A stretch of DNA of 64,000 nt from Lepidodermella squamata (GCA_047495785.1 JBLDXI010000060.1:389011-453010), one strand, 5' to 3'; shown: positions 13,701-26,785, counted from the first letter of the stretch. Numbers and translations: made by a program. The notes: generated by a model not told the origin, from the letters alone.

Positions 13701-14376
13701 ATTGGGAACCTTCCATTTCGAAGCAGTGAGCATTGCTGTTGACACTCCTGCTAACTTTCATGATCAACCAATTCAGTGGTGCGCAAGAGAGTGCTCCGTC
13801 GAGGCATTTGACGGCTGGCCTTTGGCGGTCGGCTGGCCTTTGAGTTTTGCGACTGTTCGACGCTTGTTCCGTTAAAGATTTGATTTTAAATAACCTCAAT
13901 CTGCGATCTCAATTTTATGAAGTAATTTCGGTGATTAAGGTGGTGATTAAGGCGGCCGTTAAGGTACATTTCTGGCCGCCAAATTCACGGCGACCACGGA
14001 TTTAAATAGATAAATAGCAATCTGTAAACCATAATTAACTATTCGCTGAAACTAACGCTGAAGTAATTTCCCGTCATTCTCATTTTTAGTTGCTGCTGTC
14101 GATATCGCCAGTAATGCCGACCACGACATATTGTTACCGACATGCTTAGCCATAGCCATTGGTCGACAGAATAGGCCAGATTGAACGGCTACAAATCTCA
14201 TTAACAATCTACAGCGTAAGTGTAAAAAGAGGCGACATTTTTTCTTAAAAATGTCTTCTTTCATGCTCATGCGTCATTTCTCGGTATTTTCTTCATCAGC
14301 GATCTCGATTTTGTTTTGATTTTGATTTTGAATTTTGTTTTGTCTTCACATTTTCCATTGATAACCTGTCTGTTCC

Positions 14377-15722
14377 GCACATTTACGGATCCGCGGTGGT
14401 TTCCTCCGGCCACTAGAACGATGTGAAAGGCTATTTTTCCATAACAATTATTTGCTTGCACACTATTGGCCGATTCAAAAATTAACGCGGTAACCGCACT
14501 AATGCCACTGTGAGACAAAATAACCGTCGACTTTGCAGATTTGTCACAGATTTGTGGCTAATAGTCAAGACCGACGCAATTATTAAGAAACACATTCTCA
14601 CAAACTGTAAAAAATGACTTTTAGCGAAAATTATCCCACTAAGAAATTTGTAAATTTCGAACGAATTTCTCAAATTTAACAATCAGTTATTGGAGAAAAT
14701 AAACTAAGGCTTCGATTTGCAAGCAATTTGAACTATTTATATTCAAAAAATCACGCCTTGGCATAATTCAAAACTATAAAAAATTACCCATTATCAATTT
14801 TCTGCTTTTAAATCGATGGTCACAAATTTAGTTATAATTTTCCATTGGATGTTGGAAAGTATGCTATCCTATTTTTTAAAATTTTCAGAGCTCAATTTTA
14901 TCGCCCATTTTTGTCGAAAAAACCGTAATGCCCATTCATAATTTAGTGTAGTAGTGACCTAATTAATTATTGTGCGGAGTGTTTGCGTGGTGCAAAACAA
15001 AAAATAGTGAGAGCAAATTTTATTGCTATGTGATATTGCTACTGCAGAAAAAACGAATAAAGCCACGAAAGCAGCGCGAATGAACGTAAACTGCAATACT
15101 GTAATGACAGTAATGACAACCTTACCCTTGACGAAAAAAATTAATCTCGGTTTTATTAAACATTTTTTTTTTGATATTCCAAGTCCGCCTGAAAAAACCC
15201 GGGTTCAGGATTGTAAATAGTGATAACAAGCAGCCTGTTGATTTCATTATCGAGTGCAGCTGAATTTTGCGTCCAGTTTTCAGCGATCCCAATTGATAAT
15301 TATTGTTGAATGTTATGGCGATCGAGTTGGGTGATTTTTTCCAATTTTTTCTAATTTTCAGCAAGGAGTCAAAGGCGTCAATAATGTTGAAATTCGAAAT
15401 TAGAGTAAAATTCACAACCTCTGCTCATTTTTCAATTATTGATTTCACTGGATTTGGGAGTTTTTTTAGGAAAAATGTTTCAATCATCCTAAAAAAATTC
15501 ACTTTCAACAGCGTCTGAAAATGAGTCTCTTATATTTGCGCCGGTCTGCATTATTAGCCATGAATTAGTCGACGGTTATTTTGTTTCGCAGCGGCATTAA
15601 TGCGACTCCCGCGTTTATTTCTGAATCGACCAATAGCGTGCGAGCAAATAATTGTGAGAGAAAACTATCCTTTCACAGTGGTTTAGTGGCCGGAGGAAAC
15701 CACCGCGGATCCGTAAATGTGC
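14377..15722. mobile_element. Non-autonomous Mutator-like element (~1.35 kb)
   Basis: ~155 bp TIRs (gcacatttacggatccgcggtggtttcctccggccacta... and its reverse complement); 9-bp TSD gtctgttcc at 14368-14376 and 15723-15731. Confidence 0.9.
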
Positions 15723-15834
15723 GTCTGTTCCATTGATTGTGGCTGTCTCCTTAAATAAACAACTAAATTAATCATCTCTCATTTCATTTTTTCAGGTTAC
15801 GAATCGAAACGAACGACCGCTGTTCCATCGTAAA

Positions 15835-15948
15835 ATTGATTATTCATCGCCGATACTTGATACTGATCTGTGATTTTCACTCTTATTTTGTATTGATTAT
15901 TCATCGCCGATACTTGATACTGATCTGTGATTTTCACTCTTATTTTGT
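15835..15948 (+). repeat. 57-bp tandem duplication
   Basis: ttgattattcatcgccgatacttgatactgatctgtgattttcactcttattttg present twice in tandem. Confidence 0.9.
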
Positions 15949-16485
15949 TTCTTGACTATTATTTATATCATGTCGAATGAAGCTTTACGTTCCAAACTCC
16001 ATTTTCCGCCGACCCAGGCAGTAATAGGGTAGAGATGCCGCCTCAATGCTCGGCTATGCAGTTAAATAGCCACCGACGTTGGAAAAGTCGGTATAAACTT
16101 CCACCGTCCCGGCTCAGACGGCGAAAAGGACCACGTCTTGGTGAGACGGTAAAAAAAACTCCGACGATGGGAAGGTCGGTAAAAACTTCCCAAATGAGGG
16201 CTGAGCAACCAGGGCCCTCACTGTGAGTTATCACAAGTACCAAGCTGGAAGGGAACCTGTGACGATCTCTTAGGCATCTTGAGGTCAGAGGTTTTTCGCC
16301 CATTTTTCCAATGCTCAAACCGTGCTTGAAATTCCAATAAATTAAAGAATGAATGAATGGTGGATTAATCATGAAAATTAGATAATTGATTGGCGAGGCT
16401 TGTTTCCCATTTAGAAAGATTTTAACTGGTCAATTTCGACTGATCATTCACTTCTACTACTACTACCTCTACCACTGCTACTAAA

Positions 16486-19003
16486 ATGACAAGATCCACT
16501 TTCGATAATAGCCAGAAGCCCCCCAAAAGCAAGTCAGCAACGTGTTCAAAATGCGGCAAAAGTGGCTTCAAGATATCTAGTCATTGCTCTCAATGTAACG
16601 ATCACCATGCCGCACGACCTTGCCCAGCTGCTGCGACCTCAAATACAGCTGCGCCGTCAGTGGGTTCCGAGGTGCCATCGGTAGTGCCTGGTTACCAAAC
16701 GGCGGGATCTCCAGCAGGTATGTAATGGATTTGCATGATAGCACAACTGTTTTTTATATTTTTTTCGCCATAAGCAGGCAGTAAAAGTTCTATGGGCATT
16801 TCAAGTGAATTCTCGGGGCAAACAATTTAGAAATTTACAACGTCAGTATTTCAGAAAATCTCGCGTCATTCTTCTTAGTTGAGGAAAGGGATGATGACAA
16901 CATCAGAAAAGGGGGAATGAGTTAGAATTTTTAATAATTTTTAAATACTTCCGCGTTTAATAATTTTTAATGATTTTTTGAATAATTAATTTGAAATTGG
17001 TGACATTTTTGATCCAGACATTCAAGGCAATAACGACCGCGTTTCGTCTACTACGCCGCAACAATCGCCGCCACCAATTGGAACGTCAGCTTCTGAGCCG
17101 GAGTCTCAAAATCATCGTCGCTCTTTTGCTGATGTCGTGTCCGGCCGAATCGGCATCGCTGGACCGGATTTGGCCAGGAGATTGGCGGGCGACGCATTTC
17201 CTTACACTGATTCAGCCTACAACAGGGATGATGGTGCTACAAGTGAGTTTTTGTTAGAAGTGATCATTAATGGCCTGAATGTTGCGCGTTCTGGGACATG
17301 ACTTGATTTATTTGATTCGAAATTGCTATTTACCGATATTTTTGCTTCATTTTTTTCTTCTCTCCAAAGGTTGAAATGCCACATGTAAAAATTTTTCGCG
17401 GTCATTAATTTTCCGTTTGATCTCTTCATTCGGTGTTTTTCTGGGAATACTGAAATTTAAATTAAATTAAATTATTAATTCTTTCTTAAATTACCATATT
17501 AATTTTGTACTCAGCGGGCAACCTAAAACCAAAGTTAAATCCATTGAAATTCAATGTACTGGCCATAATTATCCAAAACCAAAATTTAATGACCGCCGTA
17601 TTAAATTAGTGGATTTTGTACTATACAGGGTGTCTCCTAAGTAACGCAATCAAATAAAATACACGGAAAAAACGATCAAAAACTCTAAAATGAGAGACCA
17701 AGTCACATCTAATGGCCGGAAAATATTCGAAAAAATTCAAAAATCACCAAAATAGTAATCAAGAATATGGCATGTTGGTGGGATTGGTCAAACCGGGTAA
17801 AATACCGAAAATTACTGAACCATTACCATCGGGATTTTCCGGGTATTCTCGGGTAAATTTAGAATTTATTGGTTAAATCGCGGGTAAAATTTGGATTATT
17901 CTCTCAGCAGGTTTGATTTGAATATAATTAGTTTAATCTCCTAAAAAAGTTGTTTCATTAAAAAATGATGCGCAACTTTTAGGACACTCTGTAGTAGTAG
18001 TATGAATATCCACTCAATTCACTTTTAGATTCAAATTCATTTTAGATTTTCCATCGATTTCAGTGAATTAGAAAATAAATTCCGGGACATTTTTTAAATT
18101 TGGAATATTCAGATGTAGCAACTGTCGGAACATAGCTAGTATTAGTTTTGTGGAGCGTTATATTGTGATCGAAACGAACACAAATTTAACCTCGCTGAAA
18201 TTCCACGCTTTATTTCAAGTTATTGCTCAATTAACTTGGCGAAAGTTTCTCAATTAGGGAACTTTTGCTCGAAAATAGGTGACCGAGAGAAGCAAACACG
18301 CTGCAAATTATGGTATTCTGCTAAATTACTGCTGATATTAGCGGGATTATTCAGTAAATCCTTGACCAAAGCAGCCGAATAATGCCCTATTTTATAGATT
18401 GCTTGGCAGTTTCACCTGACATCGCCTTGATGATTCCAGCTGCATTGCCACCCCTTCCCGATGGCGAATGGTTGAAGGAAGCAGCTCGAATCAATAGGCT
18501 GGAAATTGTCGACAACCCTGCTCGAGGCGACTGCCAATTTTACGCAGTTTCCGACGCGGCCAGGCGTGTCGGAATTGTGTATGATTTCATGCAGCTGCGG
18601 AGGTTAGCCCAAAGTCGCCTTTCTACCGGCTCCTATGACCACCTGTGGGCCTACGACCCTTTGGCGATGCAGGATGCGAGGAATTGCGGCCAGCCATTGC
18701 CTAGTACGAGTATGGCCGAGTTGACACGGCGTATCGGCATGCCTGCGAGACATGGCGGGGACTGGGGCGATAACATTTCCTTGTTATCGGTCGCAGATGG
18801 GCTTGGGGTTACCGTCAAGTTGTTCGATGCTAGAAGCCGAAACATTTTTTCCTACGGAAATGGCTCGGCTGTTATTCACATTGCGTACGACGGCAGTGGG
18901 CACTATGTTGCTCTGTTACCAGTGTTACGTTCTGAACCTGAAAGACCAGATCAATGCTCAATTAGCAGCCCGATGGAAATTCCGGCTCCAAGATCCGCGG
19001 CCG
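16486..19003 (+). CDS. 5' part of spliced gene: Cys/His Zn-knuckle, linker and OTU-like cysteine protease (exons 16486-16717, 17018-17242, 18398-~19003)
   Basis: Phase-1 compatible GT-AG junctions. CSKCG...HCSQCNDHH. OTU motifs DNPARGDCQFYAVS, WGDNISL and IHIAYDGSGHY (catalytic C and H). Confidence 0.75.
17626..17991. mobile_element. Tc1/mariner-like MITE in intron
   Basis: TA|cagggtgtc...gacactctg|TA: imperfect TIRs with TA TSD. Confidence 0.65.
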
Positions 19004-19898
19004 GTGTCCATTCAGTGGAACCAAATTGCGGAGCCAAATTTCATTTCGGGAATTAATTGGCTAAAAATTCGTTCTCCAAATTTGCTCTTATTTCACGATT
19101 AATTTGAAAAAATTGTAAGTTATGATATTATCTGTGATTTTTACTACGTATAAGGCAGGTAAAATAATAAAAATAAAAATAATTCAAAACAAATTTATAG
19201 TATCAACTAGGCTTCCTTGATGATTTCTCGTATTTTTACCTTTCATGATTCGACGTTGGTTATTATTTCTTGATGCGCAAAGAGAATGGGCGATTTTTTA
19301 GCTATCAATTAATAATTATACTGCAATTTGTGTGGGGAAATTTGTCAAGTAATACCTTGAAAAATAATAATAAAAACACCAAAAATGGCGTCTCGACAAA
19401 TTTCCAACGCGGAGAAGCCTTGAGTTCAAAGTCGTTAGCAGCCAGGAAAGCACAAAAATTCGGTCGGAAACAATTACGAAAACTCTTCGCGAAAAATTTG
19501 CACATTTGTTTCAATCGCGATTAAATTCGCCCAGGCACTGAATAAAGGCTAGGCATCCTATCCGGTAAGACAGAAAATTGATCACGTTGGGAATGAGTCG
19601 CAAATTACCCACGTTAACAGGATTTAATTGTTTTAGTTCTCTCAAAATCACGATAAACTGTTAAAATAAGTAAAAACAAGCTAATCACTGTTATTTAACA
19701 ATGGAGTAATTACCATCATTTACCATTCGATGAAAACTTTCTTCACTTATCGAAACGTAACAGATTAGTTTATTTGAACTCCATGGCTTGGTCCAGCGTT
19801 TAAAATGTTTCACGCCATTTATTCCAAAACATTTTCAACTCCTTTTTAGCTACAATTATGAAACAATTATTAATGGATTTTTCGCCATTTTTCAACAG

Positions 19899-22800
19899 GT
19901 GTCGTCGGAGCTGTATTCGATCCTAATAGGACACGATACCAGTTTGCTCAAGCATGGCGGTTATTCACGCCCGAACAGTGTCAGCTGGCTCGCGAGTACA
20001 GAGAATCCAACCTTGTACCGGGTGCAACAGAAAGATTCAACATCAGACCTGCGGAATTGCTGATTTTCTACAACGTCGACATCTTTCATCGCGTTTTTGT
20101 TTTCGTCCCAGCAGACAAGAAAGCTGAGCTGTTGGAAGACCCAACCAAATCTCCATTTATAGACGCACTCGGTCGGCACTATAAAGTTCGCAAATGCAGC
20201 ATCAAACTCGGCTTGGAGTTTCTGCTAAAACAGGATCAAGATCACCCAGCAGTTGCACCGCTGCTTGCCATCTTCATGGCGTTAGCTCAAGGTGATGTTG
20301 AAATGACGACTCGCTACGTAAAACCGACTAATTCTGTCGCCGCCGTCACCGTTCCGTCAAACGTCACACCGAACAATCGCTTCAAGTTTCTTTACCATTG
20401 TATTATGACGCTTGGCTCGATGGAGAATGAACTGCAGGCGATCGCCTTTCGCGACATGCGGCGAAATTTTGCGAACGTCGGCCTTGTTACCTATGACGAA
20501 GCGAACGATACGTTTCCCAACCTGGAGGCTGAAGTGAAAAACATTTTTCGCCGGCTTATCCTTGAACAGCTGGCCTGGATGCCTGTGTCGGCGAAAAAGC
20601 TGGGAATGTACATCGAGAAAATTCGTGCGATATTGCATGATTTCTTTTTCGTTTCCGGAAGCCTGGATTCCGATTATCCCTCCATTTCTTCGGTGATTTT
20701 GAAGGCCAGAGCATCTCAACAGATCGAAAGTGCTGAGAGGCTCTACCGCGAAGTCCTGGCCGAGGTGACACACGGACAGCTTACTGGTAAACTGGATCTC
20801 CCTCCGCTGGCTGATATCGTCGAAGCCAGTGTCGCTAATCCTGTTCAATGGCAACCGGTTCTTCAGCGATCGCCAGGTTCTATATTTAAAACATTCTATG
20901 TTGCATTGTTAATAAATTCTCTTTTTCCAGGTCAAACTGATGCCTCGCTGGACCAACAACGTGAAGCTTTGTCTCACGCTCTACGCAAAATCGATTTTTT
21001 GCAACAACACCGAGCAAAGTTTAATCATTCCGTTTTCGTCGGTCCTCCGGGTGCTGGAAAAACCTATCTCCTTCAAACAGTTGTTCTCTATGCAATGGCT
21101 AGAGGTCACAACGTTTGTCTCACGGCGCTGACTTCGGAGCGAGCGCGTTCACTGGGCGGACGTCACCTGCACCTGGTGTTCCCAATGCGAGTCAACACAT
21201 CAACTTACTCGCACGCTATTCTCGAGTCTCAGGACTGCATTATGGCGCTCGGCAGGGACCCGGTCAAAGCCCAGCTCATCTACCGGACAGACGTCTTCTT
21301 CATTGAAGAAATCGGTTTGGTATCAGCGGAGATGTTTGCCCTTCTCGACGCTGTACTTCGATATACAATGGGAAATGACCTCAAATTCGGCGGCAAGCTT
21401 GTCATTGCAACAGGTTCATTTCGGCTATTTTTTTAATTTCTCTGACACTTGTTTTCTATTCTAACTGTTTAGGTGACTTTGCGCAACTGCAGCCAATCAA
21501 AGTATGCTTATTTTTTCAACTTGTGATGTTTTTTACTCTATTTTTCTCAGGGTCGGCCGTTTTGGGTATCCAGCAGCCTGATGTTTTCGTTCGACGTTGT
21601 GATGCTATCACACTATGTGAGAGCCGCGCAGGATCCTCAACTTCAAGGCATCCTCGACCTTTTACGCCAGCCCAGTCTAAATGACATCCAGCGTAACGAG
21701 GTGTCCCAAACGATCTTGGCAAGAGCTCGCTTTTACAACAGCTGGGACGAAGCGCCTGACAATTTGATTCGGATAGTGACCACGCGGGCGGCTGAAAAAG
21801 AAGTTATCGAAGAGTTCATTGCGAGAAAACGCCGGCAGGTTGCTGTTGTTGACTGTGAGTCGATAGACGAGTTCCAATCGGGTTCACAGCCTTTCATGGC
21901 TACGACGAATCAGAATTTCATTAGGAAGCTCGATAAGATTTGTCTTGAACCTCGAAAGCTGTCGTTGTTTGTTGGCGAGCTGCTCTGCATGACCTACAAC
22001 AACATATCAAACGAACCCATGCAGACGTTCTCGCAAGGTCAGCTTGCCATTGTCGTCGCTATCCCGGACAACATCAAGGATAGGCAGGCTCGTGTCACTG
22101 TTCGGCTTGTTCCGCCGGGCCAGCGAGCAGCGGCTGTTGTGGATCCTACTTGGCCTCTCATACAAGTCCCGCGACATGCTGGGATGCCAATCATCGTTGG
22201 CCTTGATGCTAAACGCGCCCGCCGAGTTCAGTTTCCCTTCCGCTACTACGTACATTTTTCACGCCTCTTCATGTACATGTTCAAAATCACATTCTTTTTC
22301 AGCTTTGCACGACGGTCCACCGAATTATGGGCACTACTGTCGAAGAGGGCGTAGTTATCCAGGTGTCCGATGTCGTCAGGTCACAGCGCATGTGGGAAAA
22401 GGCGCAACTGCTGGTGATGGTGTCTCGGTGTCGTAATTTGGACCGTGTCGGTTTTGTCACATCGAGCCAACAAGCTACGGCTAATGCGATCGATTCGATA
22501 TTGACAAAAGACAACCCCTACGATGGCGCCATCATGTCTCGATTGGCTCAACTCGACATCCTCACCGTCCGGCAGCCTGTGGTTAGCATCACCGACCCGG
22601 TCTTCTACGTCACAAATTCGGTCGTGCCAATCGTTGACTGGGGCGTCGTTTACCACCTGATTTCGGAAACGCGCCCGTATGTTTCCTATATTGGGCAAAC
22701 TGAACGTTCGGCCGAGGAGCGCCTCAGGGAGCACAATAATGGTAACGGCGCCAACTTCACCCGAGGTGACAAGTGGCTATTGCTTGGCATAGTCTATGGC

Positions 22801-23108
22801 TTTACCTCGGATGAGGCTCGCATGCGACTTGAGCGGGACATCCACCGTGCTCTGAGACCTGATCTTCTGCCATGGCAAGTTCGTGCAGTTGTCATCGATC
22901 AGGTGGACGAGACAAGCGCGAGACAAGCTTTCCTTCGGAGATTGGCCATTGTCACCTTTGGACGGCTGAACGAAGCGAAAGTAACGCAGCTGGCGAACGG
23001 GCGTGGCAACGAAACACCACTGGCTCATGTCCGAGATGTATGTTTTTTGTTCGTCATCTTGTGATCTTCATGTTCTTAATTGCTATAATATAGGTGCGAT
23101 TCGAATAA
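19899..23108 (+). CDS. Pif1-family SF1B helicase fused to a C-terminal GIY-YIG endonuclease (exons 19899-20876, 20931-21413, 21473-21501, 21551-22249, 22303-23037, 23094-23108)
   Basis: Walker A GPPGAGKT and Walker B FFIEEIG. Splicing reconstitutes GDFAQLQP and QFPFRYYLCTTVHRIMGTT. QLLVMVSR motif VI. VVY..SYIGQT..RLREHN..E GIY-YIG. Five 49-59 bp introns keep the frame to the TAA at 23106-23108, with AATAAA downstream. Confidence 0.88.
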
Positions 23109-24806
23109 CAAGTCTCGCCGATTTCGGGTTTTTCGATCATGGTTCAAATGACATTTTAAGCCTGTCTCACCGTTTTCAGCTTTTTTCGATATAATAAAAT
23201 GCAAATCACTGTTTTTGCCCAATGACATTATATTGAGGGTAATCAAGGTGAGGGCAGGTGCATGTGCAAAGATTCACCAATACATCGATTCCGGTTGCTG
23301 TCATTGTAGAGAATATAATATCATTGGGGAGGGGCGAAAAACGTTCCCCTCCAAGATGGCTAGGAGGGGAGTTCCAAGGGGTAGTTGAGTGGAACCTTTG
23401 TGAAACCTTATATGCTCAGCGCAAAGCTGCCAAAATGAACCACATTCATGTCCTAGCATGGTTTTTTTACTGGATTTGCAGTGTCAAAGAACAACTATTT
23501 TTTCAAGGTCTGGTCGCGGTTGGTCGGAACGGTCGTGCTGGTGGTTGACAAAAAAGGGGGCTTATATAGCTATAAGCACCCATCCAACTGGCGAATTCGG
23601 CTGAAGAGACTGATAATGCCTTGGAGTACGGTGGTTTCTTCCATCTGAATTTGTCATATTTTGTTGGTGAACTAGTTCTGGTGGCTATTTATTTACTCAG
23701 CCTCTTTTTATTTGTTCCGAATTCATCTAACACAAAACACAACTAAACTGGCTAGATTTCGCTTACTCGGCATATTCTTCTTTTCCCAGATCGCTAAAAG
23801 ACCCGCCTTTTATTGATTTGGGCCTGAAGTCTCCAGGGTTGTCAATGTAAAAACCTTGATGTAAAAACACCGTGTATAAACACAGTGTAAAAACTGTATT
23901 TATCGAGCGGGTTTTTCCACGTGTAGAAACCCCTAGTTAAGAAAATTCGTAAACTTGTGCTTTGAAGAAGCGAAAACAGCTTGATAATGTACATAACAGC
24001 TTGATTTTCATTTAGTCATGCCATTATAGCTCGTTTTACAGGGGCATGTCACTGTCCCCTGTTTATGGTGACATGCCAGATAAAATTGTAATGCTAAGCA
24101 TTAAGTGTCACTATGATCGAGGTTTTCGAAAATGGGTAAAAAACAGTGCTTCACTTTATCGTGGCATGACACTCAAAGCTCGGTAATACGGTATCAATTT
24201 CCCGAAGACCTATAAGCGGCCATGCCGAAATAGACCTGATTTCGGCAGGTTATGGCAGGCTATGGCAGGCGATGACAGGCAGCTACAGGCGAAGGCAAGC
24301 GGTAGGAATAGTCAGCGGTAGAAGGCAAGTCACGTCGGGTAAGGTACGCGTCACATTTTCCGTGGATCTCGCCCAGCATCGGAAATTCGCTTTCGATATT
24401 TAGCTCTCCTTTCTTTCAGACGCAATCTCTGGCGTTGACGTCGAGAAAGATTCGGATTCATCAATGTTCGACGTTTGCTTCTTACGTTCGGCTTCTTGAC
24501 GATTAATGGCGCAACTTAGCTCAAGACTTCTAGTGGGCAACTTTTCAGCTTTTGCCGTAGGCTCTCACAGCCAAGTTCGTTGCAATCTAACGTGTCAAGT
24601 TTTTCCTTCAAACGGCCATTCATCTTTTCCGAGTCGACACCACGAAAACCAAACTCACCGAAAACTTCTTTCAAGCCATCAGAAACGTCGACATTTTAAC
24701 CGGTACGGTGGCTACTAAGGACAAAGGTGATTACAAAGGTGCCTACACGAAATAACCTAAGGTGAAGGGTGAATTCACGTAGAAGAGTGAAGTTGTTATA
24801 GCACGT

Positions 24807-25270
24807 GGGGAGCACGTGGCTTAATGGTTAAGCGTCCGCAGTGCTTTCTCAGAAGGTCAGTGGTTCGCTTCCAAGTCGCGGCGCGTGTGTAACTGAGCAG
24901 AGCACTTTACCCCTACTGCTACGGCTGAGTGGCAGCAATACCCTTGGTCGCCGATCCTTCTCGTCGGAACTAATCACCTCGGTCAACAATAGCCGAGCGA
25001 AGCCTCACGACACTAGTCTAGGTCGGTATGGTGCCAATGGAGCTTGCAGTGTCGCACTGTGCAAAAGATGGACGCCGACACGGACAGCAATACCCGTTGA
25101 TCTGCGCCATCACACCCTCTGGTTCACACCCTATACGGCGCAGCAACCCGACATCCTCTGCCTTCGGCCAGCAATAGCAACTAGAATAACAATTGAGCGT
25201 CTGTGACGAGTATGCCTTACTATGTGCTACAATCATGCATATGATAATTGCACGCCAATAAAGTTTATAC
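24807..25270 (+). mobile_element. tRNA-derived SINE
   Basis: Pol III A box tggcttaatgg (24817-24827) and B-box-like ggttcgcttcc (24862-24872), followed by a 'gtgtaactgagcagagcactttaccc' SINE-body-like segment. 3' end approximate. Confidence 0.6.
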
Positions 25271-25481
25271 CTGCTATTTGACCCAAACTGCCTTTGAAAA
25301 TTCGTCTGAATTTGTCGCTATTGAAGTCTCATTCAACTCGAAAGTGTTAAAACTTCTAAATAGCTGGTAGCGGTAGGAAAACCGATTCTCAGTTTTTTCT
25401 AAAATCTGCTATAAATCTGTTGAACGTCGAGTCGTCGACGGCGGCCATCACGCCCGCGCCGTCTCACTACCAGCATCCTAC

Positions 25482-25557
25482 TGTAAAGTTGAGAACAAGT
25501 CAGAGATAATTTCAACCCAAAAAACGAGAGCGTTTATTAAATATCATTTCCATCTTT
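25482..25557 (-). repeat. Terminal ~76 bp of the Gypsy LTR (remnant of 3' LTR or of a sister copy)
   Basis: Matches 36284-~36355 (tgtaaagttga...gataatttcaacccaaaaaacgagagcgtttattaaatatcatttccatcttt) with a few differences; the match stops abruptly at a TTAA. Confidence 0.85.
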
Positions 25558-25858
25558 AACAGGTTTTAGAGCGGTTTTTAGTGAAAAATCTTCACTATTT
25601 CCTCGCTTCGCTCGTTTTTTGGTTGAAATCAGGGCGTGGTCAGGGTGGGGGGTTGGGGTATAAAACACCCCCCAACAAATTCCTGAAAGTGGTCTCCAAC
25701 TACAATTTTCCTTTAAATCCTCCATATTTTACTGCATTTTAAGCCCATTTTCGGGTTGAAAATACCCGAAAAAAGCGTCAGCTAAAGCTCGCTTCGCTCG
25801 CAAATAGACTTGAATAGGTTTTAGGCCGCAAATTTTTCGAGCCCGAGGGTGGTAACTC

Positions 25859-25960
25859 ACTCGACACCCATTCGACACCCACTCGACACCATTCGACACC
25901 ACTCGACACCATTCGACACCACTCGACACCATTCGACACCACTCGACACCACTCGACACA
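25859..25960 (+). repeat. 10-bp tandem array (a[c/t]tcgacacc)n, ~10 units
   Basis: Directly visible; the unit is part of the element's subterminal inverted repeat. Confidence 0.95.
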
Positions 25961-26246
25961 TTCGCCTGCGGCGGCCATATTATTTTACATTAATTGTTAA
26001 AATAAAATAATATAAATAAATTTATCTCACTATTTTTTATATTAATTTTTGATATTGTTCAAGAATAAAATTTAAAATGAGTCGTTAGCAACATTAAAAA
26101 CTCATTAGCAGACAAAAGACAATAAAGACAATGCGGCACCGTTGCGGAACCGTTGGCTCCCGTTTCATTTGAATTTAAACCTGGTTTAGCTCTGCACTAC
26201 TGTATTTTACACTGTTCTTTCAGTTTACAGTTTTCAGTCCTTCATT

Positions 26247-26588
26247 ATGGGCCGCAAGTTTAACCCTTTCGATCCATTTAGCTGGGTTAACAGTGACTCA
26301 GTAGATACCATTGATTCGGAATCAGTTACTCAATCAACAGCTCAGACCACTGACTCCGAGTCTTTTTTTCAAAACACCACGACGTCAGTTTTCAGCCTTC
26401 AAAACAACTCTACTGCACCATGCCCAGTGGAGGCATATGAGATAGTCATATTTTGTCTATCCTTGTTCTTGCTCGTGGCTGTTGTCACCTCAATTGTTTT
26501 CGCCTCTCGTCGCTTCCGGTGCAAATCTAAGAAGCGGTCTAACGATGCCGAGCAACTGCACTACAATCGCCTTGACTCTCAAGTTTAA
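26247..26588 (+). CDS. Small single-pass membrane glycoprotein-like protein (113 aa)
   Basis: S/T-rich N-terminus with NTT/NNS/NST sequons, hydrophobic IVIFCLSLFLLVAVVTSIVFA, basic tail and YNRL motif. Confidence 0.65.
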   Translation: MGRKFNPFDPFSWVNSDSVDTIDSESVTQSTAQTTDSESFFQNTTTSVFSLQNNSTAPCPVEAYEIVIFCLSLFLLVAVVTSIVFASRRFRCKSKKRSNDAEQLHYNRLDSQV

Positions 26589-26785
26589 TGTTTGTTTTTT
26601 TATATTTAGCTGTTACGATGAACAAGCACGAAATTCTTGCATACTCTAACAAAGATCAATCCATCTTTAGATCGACAGAGCTGAGCCGATCCGAACTCGA
26701 ACTGACTATCTTGCAATACGCCCTTTCGCTAATCATGGCAGTGCTGGTCGGATTCGTAATTGCCCGTGCTCTCAATATGGACTGA
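26588..26785 (+). CDS. Small membrane protein (65 aa)
   Basis: ATG overlaps the upstream TAA (TAATG); C-terminal TM ILQYALSLIMAVLVGFVIA; AATAAA near 26960. Confidence 0.5.
   Translation: MFVFLYLAVTMNKHEILAYSNKDQSIFRSTELSRSELELTILQYALSLIMAVLVGFVIARALNMD

Noticed and set aside
24807-24880. tRNA gene
   Set aside because: A and B boxes are present but there is no convincing cloverleaf, and it continues into a SINE-like body.
25859-25960. Possible CRISPR-like array
   Set aside because: Contiguous 10-bp units with no unique spacers, eukaryotic context, no cas genes.
26583-26609. 27-bp intron between the two small TM ORFs
   Set aside because: Much shorter than the other short introns seen here (49-59 bp).
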